Assembly (NCBI GenBank): GCA_002269645.1
Contig: NIVC01004837.1
Span: 1-33,754, forward strand
Direction: 5' to 3'
Source of the DNA: Macrostomum lignano
Lineage: Eukaryota
Length of the DNA stretch: 33,754 bases
Shown: positions 11,191 to 22,745 of the stretch, in pieces
How the letters are laid out: each line of letters opens with the position of its first letter
Position numbering within the stretch: position 1 is the first letter of the stretch
Translations under genes and position numbers: made by a program
The notes under the pieces: model-generated
Seen by the model: the letters and a program-made list of their open reading frames with translations, nothing else
What the model was told of the DNA's origin: nothing
Database searches by the model: none

Positions 11191-12003
11191 GTCTGACAGT
11201 CAAGTTAAACTTGTTGCTATCCATTTCCTGATCTTATCTGAACAATGCGATCAACCCAATGTCTGGACTCACTCAGTTTTTCCTGTTAATTTTTTGTAAA
11301 AACTTGATTCAAACTGTAGATTTGAGGCAGCGCATTTGATGTTAAATACACCTTACTGCAGTCGTGTATCTGAACTTTTCTACCTACAGTATAGGAAATT
11401 GTAGTCCTTGGTTGTAACTTTTAATGGGATTTAAAAGTCTTCCCCTTAATTCCCCCCTAAAACCGTCCATCTGAGACCTTCAAAAATAGCCAGTTTTTTA
11501 TCTTAAATTTCGATCGACATGTCCTTTTATTCTACTAATAGCGCTGATAATAGTAGTGCTAAGTGTTATATGTAACGTGAAATGATGGATTGATGGGGCT
11601 CGTATTGAAAGAACGTTAACGTTTAAACTCTGAAGGAAAAATAGCTTATTACGTCTCGTTAAAGTACCCAAAGACCTTTCTCTTTTTAACACCAATGTGT
11701 TTCGATATGCAATTCCTAAAATGCAGTGCCTGACGCGTTCTATCCATGGGGAAATTTTGTTATGCATTTGCTAAGCTACTTATATATGCGTTACGTAATG
11801 TTGCGAATCTTAATTGTAAAACAAACAGTAAATAGCACAGTGTATAAAGTAATTAACCATGCTCATTTGATATCATCGATTTACTAATAATTGATTTATA
11901 AATGTGCTTGAATTTAATCGAGTTTATGCGGTACTGTCTTCGATTTCATTTATTTAGAATCCATTTGAACCAACAATTGGTCTTGTAGTGATCCACTAGT
12001 TGA

Positions 12004-12967
12004 TGTTAGGCGTCCCACTTTGTCAGCAGTCTCCCTCGCCCTCGCCCTGGGTTGCTGTCTGCCGCTGGTCAGCTTCCCGCCCCTCTTGGCCCGTCTGTTG
12101 CTGCCCTTGGCCTGTTCTGGCCTTCTGCGTATTCGTTCTCAGCCCTCAGCTTCTCTGCTGTGGGCTGTCTCTGTTTCGTTCCCGTCCCGTTTTCCTCTGT
12201 CATGTGAGCAAGTCACATGACAGACTCTGCGTTTTTCGAGTCCTAAAGTGCAGTAAACATGTTTACTGCACTCGTTGGCCCTGTTTACCGGGAGAATCAC
12301 GTGCTTTCGGACCCCTCCCTTCTCTAAGGAGAGGAGTGACTCATGTTGCTAAAAATAGCAACTGAGTCACAGCCGCGTGTACTCTGGCCGGAGACCTCAA
12401 GTGACGTCAGTTCTAAAAATAGAACGAGTCACGAGGTCTTGCGCGCACTGAGACCCTGCCTCGAGATCTCAAGTGACGTCAGTTCTAAAAATAGAACAAG
12501 TCACGAGGTCTTGTGCGTGGGTGTTTCCCGGCTATAAATAGGACCCCTCTCCCCTTGTTTCCGTCAAGGAATTGGCTTCTTATCTGCGGAGAATTCACTA
12601 AGATCCCGTGTGCGTCAGTGTCTAACTAAGTGCCCTTTGCGTACTGAATCCGTTTGTACTGGTCTGACTGAGACCCCACTAAAGCCCAAGCCTAAGGGAG
12701 GCTAACACTGCCTTCCCAGCCACCCCTGAGCCCGGCGGGGATCTGCTGATCAGGACGCCTTGTTCATTAATCTGCAAATCTGCACGCTGTGCTGAGTTCG
12801 TTGACTTGTTTATTTCGTTCCGACGGGAAGCTCACCTCATCGAAGGCCGAGACCTGAAGGAACTGGTGGCAGCACTACCTACGCTACTAAGAGTTAAGAA
12901 GGCTTCTGAGTGAGAGGACGGAGCCCAAGTCACTGCGCTGTACAGCAGGACAACCACAGGTACAACA
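12004..12967 (+). mobile_element. LTR of a Ty3/Gypsy-type retroelement (5' LTR; no partner LTR in the window)
   Basis: TGTT...AACA ends, an abrupt composition change at ~12000, a TATA box at 12533, and a primer binding site directly after the 3' end. The 5' boundary is inferred. Confidence 0.75.
12336..12541 (+). promoter_or_regulatory. LTR U3 enhancer/promoter: three palindromic AP-1/CRE + MEF2 modules and a TATA box
   Basis: CTAAAAATAG at 12349, 12413 and 12485. TGACTCA at 12337, TGAGTCA at 12363. TGACGTCA at 12402 and 12474. CTATAAATAG at 12532. Confidence 0.6.
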
Positions 12968-12968
12968 T

Positions 12969-12988
12969 TGGTGGCAGCGGTGGGATTC
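12969..12988 (+). other. Primer binding site complementary to the tRNA-Leu 3' end
   Basis: TGGTGGCAGCGGTGGGATTC is the reverse complement of GAATCCCACCGCTGCCA+CCA, the 3' end of metazoan tRNA-Leu(AAG/TAG). It lies 1 nt after the LTR-terminal CA. Confidence 0.85.
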
Positions 12989-13074
12989 AAAGACCTACCA
13001 GGCCACCCCGAGAAAACCCATTCTATTTCAGTCTTTAGCATATTCGATATTCAACATATGAATTTCTGGATAAT

Positions 13075-13260
13075 GGATAATGGATTCTTTACTATTTAGA
13101 TAGGTGGATTATCGCCATTTGATTCTTTAAATAATCGCCATTCAATTCATTAAATAATCATCGCCATTCGATTCTTGAATAGGCGCCATTCGATTCCTTG
13201 GATAATCGCCATGATCGCTTCCTTAAATAATCGCCATTCGATTCTTAGGATAATCCACAT
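13075..13260. repeat. Degenerate ~25-bp tandem repeat in the LTR element's 5' internal region
   Basis: Recurring AATAATCGCCATTCGATTC, about 6 copies. Confidence 0.7.
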
Positions 13261-13269
13261 CCCGCCTGG

Positions 13270-13560
13270 TACAATTATCCGGCACAATCTCCAGGCACAA
13301 TTCCGGATTTTCATCCGGTTCATAATATAAAATGCCCATTTAAAATGCTGGACGAAAGCCGGATGAATAGTTAACATTCCGGATGAAAGTTTGAATTTTT
13401 GAGTACTTTCATCCGGCTCTAGCTCCGGGGGTACCTCCAGAAAAATCTCCGGTTTTTAGCGGATGTATAAACGCGGACGACAAACCGGATCAAATCTGGA
13501 TTAGCAGTGCAGGATGAAATACCGGGTGAATCTCTGGATAAAAAGCCGGATCTCTATAGA
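13270..13560. repeat. ATCCGG/CCGGAT motif cluster, possibly the subterminal region of a DNA-transposon remnant
   Basis: About 10 CCGG-centred motifs in both orientations within 290 bp. No matched pair of TIRs found. Confidence 0.4.
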
Positions 13561-14125
13561 GACAGATAGATTTGGCAGTATAAAATTGATTACTAATAAG
13601 AGATGAAAAAATGAAAAACACGTAACACGCAAGAGGATAAGCATTACAATGTAGTAGAATGTCAGTACTCTTAGAGCATAAATTGAAGTTGCAAAACACG
13701 TGACCTCTCAGGGTTTTAGCTGCTGTCATGTGTTGAGCTTTTGACAGGAGTGTGCGGGCCAACTGCGCTTAAATTAACTGCATTATAGCTACGGCTCGTT
13801 ACACGCTGCTATGAAGTGCACCAAGCCTTTTAGCGTGGTCTATGCATAGATAGCATGTATTCTCAAGCATATGCTACCATGCTCTTCAGTCTAATAAATA
13901 ATACGAGCGTAGGAGGGTAAATTACTTGCAATTTTATAAGCAGTTTATTACGGGCTGACTATTTTCGTACACAGTAATTAGGATTATAAATGAGAATGGG
14001 TCTAAGTGGTGGGTAGAGAAGTGTACGAGCTACATGCATATGACCGTTGATATCATGCAGGGGCCGTGAATGACCGCTAAATGTATTAATATTGTGCGTT
14101 ATTGACATGTACAGCTGACATTGGA

Positions 14126-14780
14126 GTGAATGCTGATGCAGGGCAGCGTGAATGAAAGGACTGATAGAGGCCAACGTGAATGAAAGGACTGATAGAGGCC
14201 AACGTGAATGAAAGGACTGATAGAGGCCAACGTGAATGAAAGGACTGATAGAGGCCAACGTGAATGAAAGGACTGATAGAGGCCAACGTGAATGAAAGGA
14301 CTGATAGAGGCCAACGTGAATGAAAGGACTGATAGAGGCCAACGTGAATGAAAGGACTGATAGAGGCCAACGTGAATGAAAGGACTGATAGAGGCCAACG
14401 TGAATGAAAGGACTGATAGAGGCCAACGTGAATGAAAGGACTGATAGAGGCCAACGTGAATGACTGATAGAGTTCAGCGTGAATGACAAATAGAGGTCAA
14501 CGTGAATGACTGATAGAGGGCAGCTTGAATGACTGATAGAGTTCAGCGTGAATGACTGATAGAGGGCAGCGGTGAATGACTGATAGAGTTCAGCGGTGAA
14601 TGACTGATAGAGGGCAGCTTGAATGACTGATAGAGTTCAGCGTGAATGACTGATAGAGTTCAGCGTGAATGACTGATAGAGTTCAGCGTGAATGACTGAT
14701 AGAGGGCAGCTTGAATGACTGATAGAGGGCAGCTTGAATGAATGATAGAGGGCAGCTTGAATGACTGATAGAGTTCAGCG
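14126..14780. repeat. Minisatellite switching from a 28-bp to a 23-bp unit
   Basis: GTGAATGAAAGGACTGATAGAGGCCAAC (~11 copies), then GTGAATGACTGATAGAGTTCAGC / GGGCAGC variants from ~14460. Confidence 0.95.
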
Positions 14781-15103
14781 TCTCTATATATCTCTGAAGT
14801 GCGTTTGGGTACTTTTCATCACTAACCCCATACTGTAAACTGCGCGGACCATATCATTCTAGGATTGATAATCTCAAGGAGTACATATATGCTGTAGCCC
14901 ATGGCTACAGAAATGCTGTTTTATTTTTAGCTGATTATTAAAGTTTCAGCTGTAATAAAAGCCCTACCACTGCCAGACTCAAAACGGTGTATGCCTTAAA
15001 ATGGAAATTGTGCCGCATCTTCGCCTCGCAGGGTTGAAGTATGCTCATTGTCCTCATGCATAGAGCGTCCATTTCTGTATGAAAAATAGCCTAAGAGAAT
15101 AGA

Positions 15104-15176
15104 TATAAAGGGCCACGACAGAGTTGCTACTCAAAACACGCGAGGTGGACACGTGAGAGGAGCTTAAACCACCTCG
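15104..15176 (+). promoter_or_regulatory. Candidate promoter of the bHLH-O gene: TATA box, class-C site and E-box
   Basis: TATAAA at 15104, CACGCG at 15137, CACGTG at 15150. An 8-bp inverted repeat (CGAGGTGG/CCACCTCG) flanks the E-box. Confidence 0.4.
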
Positions 15177-15431
15177 TCCGCGCGCTACTGGGTCTTAAAA
15201 CTCGAGACTTTCAAGTCTGCAGGCATAAGGTTAAGGTAGATTTGTAGACAGCTAAGAACAACTGTAGGTTTTTCAGCGTAGCGTCTATTTCGCCCAATTC
15301 GTTTCGCCCAATGCGAATTCTGCTAGTGATACTGCTCTAGTGTTGTGCAGTAAGAAATTGCAATAACCTTGGTTTTCTATCACAGCAGAGTTGTTAACAC
15401 TTTGTGCGACAAAATTTCGATAGAATCAGCT

Positions 15432-15460
15432 ATGGAGCGAATGTTGCAACTTCTTTATGG
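15432..15460 (+). CDS. cwo: cwo-like bHLH-Orange TF, exon 1 of 7 (model 15432-15460, 16261-16432, 16601-16702, 16904-16994, 18059-18256, 18414-18550, 21929-22272; ~357 aa if the last-exon frame is repaired)
   Basis: ATG...MERMLQLLYG with a perfect donor GG|GTAAGT. Phase 2 matches the acceptor at 16261. Supported by phase only, not by homology. Confidence 0.55.
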
Positions 15461-15475
15461 GTAAGTCAGATGCTC

Positions 15476-16245
<770 letters not shown>

Positions 16246-16260
16246 CCCGGCCTCCCGCAG

Positions 16261-16432
16261 CAGAGGTCAGCCAGAGGCAGCAGCTGCGAACTCAGCAGCT
16301 TCATCAAGCTCAGCAGCAGCGGCAGAGGCCTCATCCGCTGTGCCGCTCTTGATAGCAGGCGGGGCTGCAGCAGCTGCATCAGACGCAGAATCTGGACGAC
16401 GCATCGCTTCTGGAAGCGGCGGCAGCGGCCGG
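16261..16432 (+). CDS. cwo: cwo-like exon 2 (Ala/Ser-rich)
   Basis: Acceptor CCCGCAG|. Open GC-rich frame. Donor CGG|GTATGT in phase 0 with the bHLH exon. Confidence 0.7.
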
Positions 16433-16600
16433 GTATGTAACTGTACGGCTACTAAGGATTAGGAAAGATGAGTATATAGTCAAGATGTCATGCAAGATGT
16501 CATGCAAGATGTCATGCATCTTGACATCTTGACATCTTGCATCTCCCCACATATTGTAACATAATTTTCACACCTCGTTCGCCCTCAATCCCGACCGCAG

Positions 16601-16702
16601 GACCCGGAGTCTCACAGAATCATTGAGAAGAGGCGCAGAGATCGAGTCAATAACGCCCTTGCAGAGCTGTGCTGCCTTGTGCCCAGTGCGAGAGCAAAAC
16701 AA
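16601..16702 (+). CDS. cwo: cwo-like exon 3 (bHLH basic region and helix 1)
   Basis: DPESHRIIEKRRRDRVNNALAELCCLVP matches the cwo/HELT/Hey/DEC-type basic region. Canonical splice sites. Confidence 0.92.
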
Positions 16703-16903
16703 GTGAGCTGAGAATGCTCATGAGACAATGCCTGCTTTCTAACTCTTCATATGGCTGTTTGTGTGCGAGAGTTTGCTTGAGTCAGAGCTGTTTACCAACA
16801 ACAGTGTTTTCCTTGTAATCATTCCAACTGCTCTAGACAGCGTTTAGTTCATCGAGTACTTATTTACGAAGCAAAAAATTTTCACCAACTTAAAAAAATT
16901 CAG

Positions 16904-16994
16904 AGCCAAGGCCGAATCGAGAAGGCTGAGATTATTGAGATGGCCATTCAGCACATCGCTGTACTGACGTCACTGGTGGGTCAGTACAAGACTG
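16904..16994 (+). CDS. cwo: cwo-like exon 4 (bHLH helix 2)
   Basis: SQGRIEKAEIIEMAIQHI, compared with cwo GRIEKTEIIEMAI. Donor G|GTGAGT. Confidence 0.92.
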
Positions 16995-17078
16995 GTGAGT
17001 GCTGCGGACCTTGACTTTGGTTGGATTTGAGCTTGGTTACTTGGTACCTCACATACCCCAGATTAACCCGAACTCGTT

Positions 17079-18008
17079 CCCAGATCCTCAGTTGCTGGGC
17101 CAGCCTCCAGATCCTCAGTTGCTGGGCCAGCCTCCCAGATCCTCAGTTGCTGGGCCAGCCTCCCAGATCCTCAGTTGCTGGGCCAGCCTCCCAGATCCTC
17201 AGTTGCTGGGCCAGCCTCCTAGATCCTCAGTTGCTGGGCCAGTCTTCCAGATCCTCAGTTGCTGGGCCAGCCTTCCAGATCCTCAGTTGCTGTGCCACCA
17301 GCCTCCCAGATTCTCAGTTGCTGGGCCACAAGCCTCCCAGATCCTCAGTTGCTGGGCCACAAGCCTCCCAGATCCTCAGTTGCTGGGCCACAAGCCTCCC
17401 AGATCCTCAGTTGCTGGGCCACAAGCCTCCCAGATTTTCAGTAGCTGGGCCAGCCTCCCAGATCCTCAGTTGCTCGGCCAGCCTCCCAGATCCTCAGTTG
17501 CTGGGCCAGCCTCCCAGATCCTCAGTTGCTGGGCCAGCCTCCCAGATCCTCAGTTTCTGATCCAGCTTCCCAGATCCTCAGTTGCTGGGCCAGCCTCCCA
17601 AATGCTCAGTTGCTGGGCCAGCCTCCCAGATCCTCAGTTGCTGGGCCAGCCTCCCAGATCCTCAGTTGCTGGGCCAGCCTTCCAGATCCTCAGTTGCTGT
17701 GCCACCAGCCTCCCAGATCCTCAGTTGCTGGGCCACAAGCCTCCCAAATCCTCAGTTGCTGGGCCAGCCTTCCAGATCCTCAGTTGCTGTGCCACCAGCC
17801 TCCCAGATCCTCAGTTGCTGGGCCACAAGCCTCCCAAATCCTCAGTTGCTGGGCCACAAGCCTCCCAGATTTTCAGTTGCTGGGCCAGCCTCCCAGATCC
17901 TCAGTTGCTGGGCCAGCCTCCCAGATCCTCAGTTGCTGGGCCAGCCTCCTAGATCCTCAGTTGCTGGGCCGGTCTCCCAGAGTGTCAGTAGCTGGGCCAG
18001 CCTCCCAG
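17079..18008. repeat. 28/32-bp minisatellite filling cwo intron 4
   Basis: Unit CCTCCCAGATCCTCAGTTGCTGGGCCAG, with GCCACAAG/GCCACCAG variants. Confidence 0.95.
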
Positions 18009-18058
18009 TTAGTGAAATTCTCATGCTACAGTCAGTTCCTCATCCGCACGCACCGCAG

Positions 18059-18256
18059 AGTCAGGCGGGCATCAGATTCCTGCCTTGTGCGCAGAGAATT
18101 TTCAACAAGGCTTCCTGGACGCGACTCGAGCTACCCTGAGCTTCCTGTCAGAGTCTGAGTCAGCGCAGATGTCGGCTGGCACAGCTGATTCCCTGTGTGC
18201 CCACCTCTATGCGCACCTGCAGGGCGCGTTGCAGCGATATAACTCTAAATTTTCAG
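18059..18256 (+). CDS. cwo: cwo-like exon 5 (Orange domain)
   Basis: FQQGFLDATRATLSFL...LCAHLYAHL fits the Orange-domain pattern. Phase-1 acceptor CCGCAG| and donor G|GTAAGT. Confidence 0.82.
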
Positions 18257-18413
18257 GTAAGTGTACAGTTTAACTGCTGTACTTAAAGCAAGAAATCTGC
18301 TCATCTTGTTGTTTTCTTTTGCGCACAGATGCGCGCGTGTCTTTTCTTTGATACGCGCAGTTTTCATTTTGCGCGCACTACGTACCATAGAATGTGTCTA
18401 TTTTCATTGGCAG

Positions 18414-18550
18414 ACGAAGACTCGGAGATCTCAGCGTTGCTCGATGCGCGCAAAGGCTTGCCACCGTCTGAGTTGCCACTGCCGCCGCCTCAGGCACCGC
18501 CTTCTTCATCTCAGCCTCTGAGCTCATCCAGGATTACATCCGGACCGGAA
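18414..18550 (+). CDS. cwo: cwo-like exon 6 (Pro/Ser-rich)
   Basis: Acceptor GGCAG|AC in phase 1, donor GAA|GTGAGT in phase 0. The frame is open. Confidence 0.75.
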
Positions 18551-18557
18551 GTGAGTG

Positions 18558-21500
18558 TCACTCTGTGATTTTTCACTCTGTGATTTTTCACTCTGTGATT
18601 TTTCACTCTGTGATTTTTCAATCTGTGATTTTTCACTCTGTGATTTTTCAATCTGTGATTTTTCACTCTGTGATTTATCACTCTGTGATTTTTCACTCTG
18701 TGATTTATCACTCTGTGATTTTTCACTCTGTGATTTTTCACTCTGTGATTTTTCACTCTGTGATTTATCACTCTGTGATTTTTCAATCTGTGATTTTTCA
18801 CTCTGTGATTTTTCACTCTGTGATTTTTCACTCTGTGATTTTTCACTCTGTGATTTTTCACTCTGTGATTTTTCACTCTGTGATTTTTCAATCTGTGATT
18901 GTTCACTCTGTGATTTTTCACTCTGTGATTTTTCACTCTGTGATTTTTCACTCTGTGATTTTTCACTCTGTGATTTTTCACTCTGTGATTTTTCACTCTG
19001 TGATTTTTCACTCTGTGATTTTTCACTCTGTGATTTATCACTCTGTGATTTTTCACTCTGTGATTTTTTACTCTGCGATTTTTCACTCTGTGATTTTTCA
19101 CTCTGTGATTTTTCACTCTGTGATTTTTCACTCTGTGATTTTTCACTCTGTGATTTATAACTCTGTGATTTTTCACTCTGTGATTTTTTATTCTGCAATT
19201 TTTCACTCTGTGATTTTTCAATCTGTGATTTTTCACTCTGTGATTTTTCACTCTGTGATTTTTCACTCTGTGATTTTTCACTCTGTGATTTATCACTGTG
19301 ATTTTTCAATCTGTGATTTTTCACTCTGTGATTTATCACTCTGTGATTTTTCACTCTGTGATTTTTTACTCTGCGATTTTTCACTCTGTGATTTTTCACT
19401 CTGTGATTTTTCACTCTGTGATTTTTCACTCTGTGATTTTTCACTCTGTGATTTATAACTCTGTGATTTTTCACTCTGTGATTTTTTATTCTGCAATTTT
19501 TCACTCTGTGATTTTTCAATCTGTGATTTTTCACTCTGTGATTTTTCACTCTGTGATTTTTCACTCTGTGATTTTTCACTCTGTGATTTATCACTGTGAT
19601 TTTTCAATCTGTGATTTTTCACTCTGTGATTTATCACTCTGTGATTTTTCACTCTGTGATTTTTCACTCTGTGATTTTTCACTCTGTGATTTTTCACTCT
19701 GCGATTTTTCACCCAGTGATTTTTCACTCTGTGATTTTTCACTCTGTGATTTTTCACTCTGTGATTTTTCACTCTGTGATTTTTCACTCTGCGAATTTTC
19801 ACCCAGTGAGTTTTCACTCTGCGAATTTTCACCCAGTGAGTTTTCACTCTGCGAATTTTCACCCAGTGAGTTTTCACTCTGCGATTTTTCACCCAGTGAT
19901 TTTTCACTCTGTGATTTTTCACTCTGCGATTTTTCACCCAGTGAGTTTTCACTCTGTGATTTTTCAATCTGTGATTTTTCACTCTGAGATTTTTCACTCT
20001 GTGATTTTTCACTCTGTGATTTTTCAATCTGTGATTTTTCACTCTGCGATTTTTCACTCTGTGATTTTTCAATCTGTGATTTTTCACTCTGTGATTTTTC
20101 ACTCTGTGATTTTTCAATCTGTGATTTTTCAATCTGAGATTTTTCACTCTGCGATTTTTCACTCTGTGATTTTTCACTGCGATTTTTCACTCTGTGATTT
20201 TTCACCCAGTGATTTTTCACTCTGCGATTTTTCACCCAGTGATTTTTCACTCTGCGATTTTTCACTCTGATTTTTCACTCTGTCATTTTTCACTCTGTGA
20301 TTTTTCACTCTGTGATTTTTCACTCTGTGATTTTTCACTCTGTGATTTTTCACTCTGTGATTTTTCACTCTGTGATTTTTCACTCTGTGATTTTTCACTC
20401 TGTGATTTTTCACTCTGTGATTTTTCAATCTGTGATTTTTCACTCTGTGATTTTTCACTCTGTGATTTTTCACTCTGTGATTTTTCACTCTGTGATTTTT
20501 CACTCTGTGATTTTTCACTCTGTGATTTTTCACTCTGTGATTTTTCACTCTGTGATTTTTCACTCTGTGATTTTTCACTCTGTGATTTATCACTCTGTGA
20601 TTTTTCACTCTGTGATTTTTTACTCTGCGATTTTTCACTCTGTGATTTTTCACTCTGTGATTTATAACTCTGTAATTTTTCACTCTGTGATTTTTCACTC
20701 TGTGATTTTTCACTCTGTGATTTTTCACTCTGTGATTTTTCACTCTGTGATTTATAACTCTGTGATTTTTCACTCTGTGATTTTTTATTCTGCAATTTTT
20801 CACTCTGTGATTTTTCAATCTGTGATTTTTCACTCTGTGATTTTTCACTCTGTGATTTTTCACTCTGTGATTTTTCACTCTGTGATTTATCACTGTGATT
20901 TTTCAATCTGTGATTTTTCACTCTGTGATTTATCACTCTGTGATTTTTCAATCTGTGATTTTTCACTCTGTGATTTTTCACTCTGTGATTTTTCACTCTG
21001 TGATTTTTCACTCTGTGATTTTTCACTCTGTGATTTTTCACTCTGTGATTTTTCACTCTGTGATTTTTCACTCTGCGAATTTTCACCCAGTGAGTTTTCA
21101 CTCTGCGAATTTTCACCCAGTGAGTTTTCACTCTGCGAATTTTCACCCAGTGATTTTTCACTCTGCGATTTTTCACCCAGTGATTTTTCACTCTGTGATT
21201 TTTCACTCTGCGATTTTTCACCCAGTGAGTTTTCACTCTGTGATTTTTCAATCTGTGATTTTTCACTCTGTGATTTTTCACACTGTGATTTTTCACTCTG
21301 TGATTTTTCAATCTGAGATTTTTCACTCTGTGATTTTTCACTCTGTGATTTTTCAATCTGAGATTTTTCACTCTGCGATTTTTCACTCTGTGATTTTTCA
21401 CTGCGATTTTTCACTCTGTGATTTTTCACCCAGTGATTTTTCACTCTGCGATTTTTCACCCAGTGATTTTTCACTCTGCGATTTTTCACTCTGATTTTTC

Positions 21501-21921
21501 ACTCTGTCATTTTTCACTCTGTGATTTTTCACTCTGTGATTTTTCACTCTGCGATTTTTCACCCAGTGAGTTTTCACTCTGCGATTTTTCACCCAGTGAT
21601 TTTTCACTCTGCGATTTTTCACCCAGTGATTTTTACCCTCTGTATTGTCGTTCTGATTTTTCACTCTGTGATTTTTCAATCTGTGATTTTTCAACCTGTG
21701 ATTTATCACTCTGTGATTTTTCAATCTGTGATTTTTCAATCTGTGATTTATCACTCTGTGATTTTTCAATCTGTGATTTTTCTCTCTGTGATTTTTCACT
21801 CTGTGATTTTTCACTCTGTGATTTTTCACTCTGCGAATTTTCACCCAGTGTTTTTTCACTCTGTGATTTTTCACTCTGCGATTTTTCACACTGTGATTTT
21901 TCACTCTGTGATTTTTCACTC
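18558..21921. repeat. 15-bp satellite, ~225 copies, filling cwo intron 6
   Basis: Unit CACTCTGTGATTTTT. It accounts for all the SQSEK/KNHRV/VIFHS/CDFSL pseudo-ORFs. Confidence 0.98.
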
Positions 21922-21928
21922 CTCTCAG

Positions 21929-22272
21929 CAGGCTCAACCAGGCGAGAGTGACAGCGCCGGCAGCGAAGATCATCCAGACGACGCCGAGGACGAGCTTCAA
22001 CTGCCTGGATTCGTTCTGCACCCGTCGGGTACGCACTACCTGCCCATGGTGTTGCCCAGAAGAGCGCTAGGCAAGGAGCTTCTCGTAGAGAATTTTCCGG
22101 CGTCTCCGAGAACGAAGCTGACGAACGTGGTGATCCATCAGGTGAGGTGCTGCACCCGGTGTCCATCCCGGTCAACTTCCGGTCGCCCAGGCGTGTTAGA
22201 ATTGTCGCCGGCAGGAAAAGAAAATTGTCGCCAGAGAAGATGCGCTGGGGTCCTCGAGCTGAATCGGACTAA
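21929..22272 (+). CDS. cwo: cwo-like exon 7 (C-terminal motifs) with a frame discrepancy at ~22050-22100
   Basis: FVLHPSGTHYLPMV lies in the incoming frame. LHPVSIPVNF, RKRK and the stop at 22270-22272 lie in the -1 frame. As I recall the family, both motifs resemble conserved cwo C-terminal blocks. Confidence 0.72.
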
Positions 22273-22340
22273 CTAACAGAATTTTTTATTTGTAAAATTT
22301 TCTTTTGCAGAAATTGATTTTGATTTATGTTTCATTGATT

Positions 22341-22745
22341 GATGTGTCAGTCTGTGATGTGTCAGTCTGTGATGTGTCAGTCTGTGATGTGTCAGTCTGT
22401 GATGTGTCAGTCTGTGATGTGTAACTCTATAATGTGTCACTCCGTGATGTGTCACTCCGTGATGTGTCACTCTATAATGTGTCACTCCGTGATGTGTCAC
22501 TCTATAATGTGTCACTCTATGATGTGTCACGCTGTGATGTGTCACTCTATGATGTATCACTCTGTGATGTGTCACTCTGTGATGTGTCACTCTGTGATGT
22601 GTCACTCTGTGATGTGTCACTCTGTGATGTGTCACTCTGTGATGTGTCACTCTGTGATGTGTCACTCTATGATGTATCACTCTATGATGTGTCACTCCAT
22701 AATGTGTCACTCTGTGATGTGTCACTCCGTGATGTGTCACTCTGT
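22341..22745. repeat. 15-bp minisatellite downstream of the cwo stop
   Basis: Unit GTGTCACTCTGTGAT, ~27 copies. Confidence 0.95.

Noticed and set aside
12000-12537. ORFs inside the LTR
   Set aside because: Low-complexity Cys/Leu/Ser-rich translations with no gag, pol or env motifs.
16481-16541. CAAGATGTCATG x3 followed by inverted TGACATCTTG copies in cwo intron 2
   Set aside because: A real but tiny slippage/fold-back repeat. It is counted only as a minor example of the intron-repeat pattern.
22240-22272. MRWGPR near the C-terminus as a WRPW-like Groucho motif
   Set aside because: It does not match WRPW/YRPW and is not terminal.
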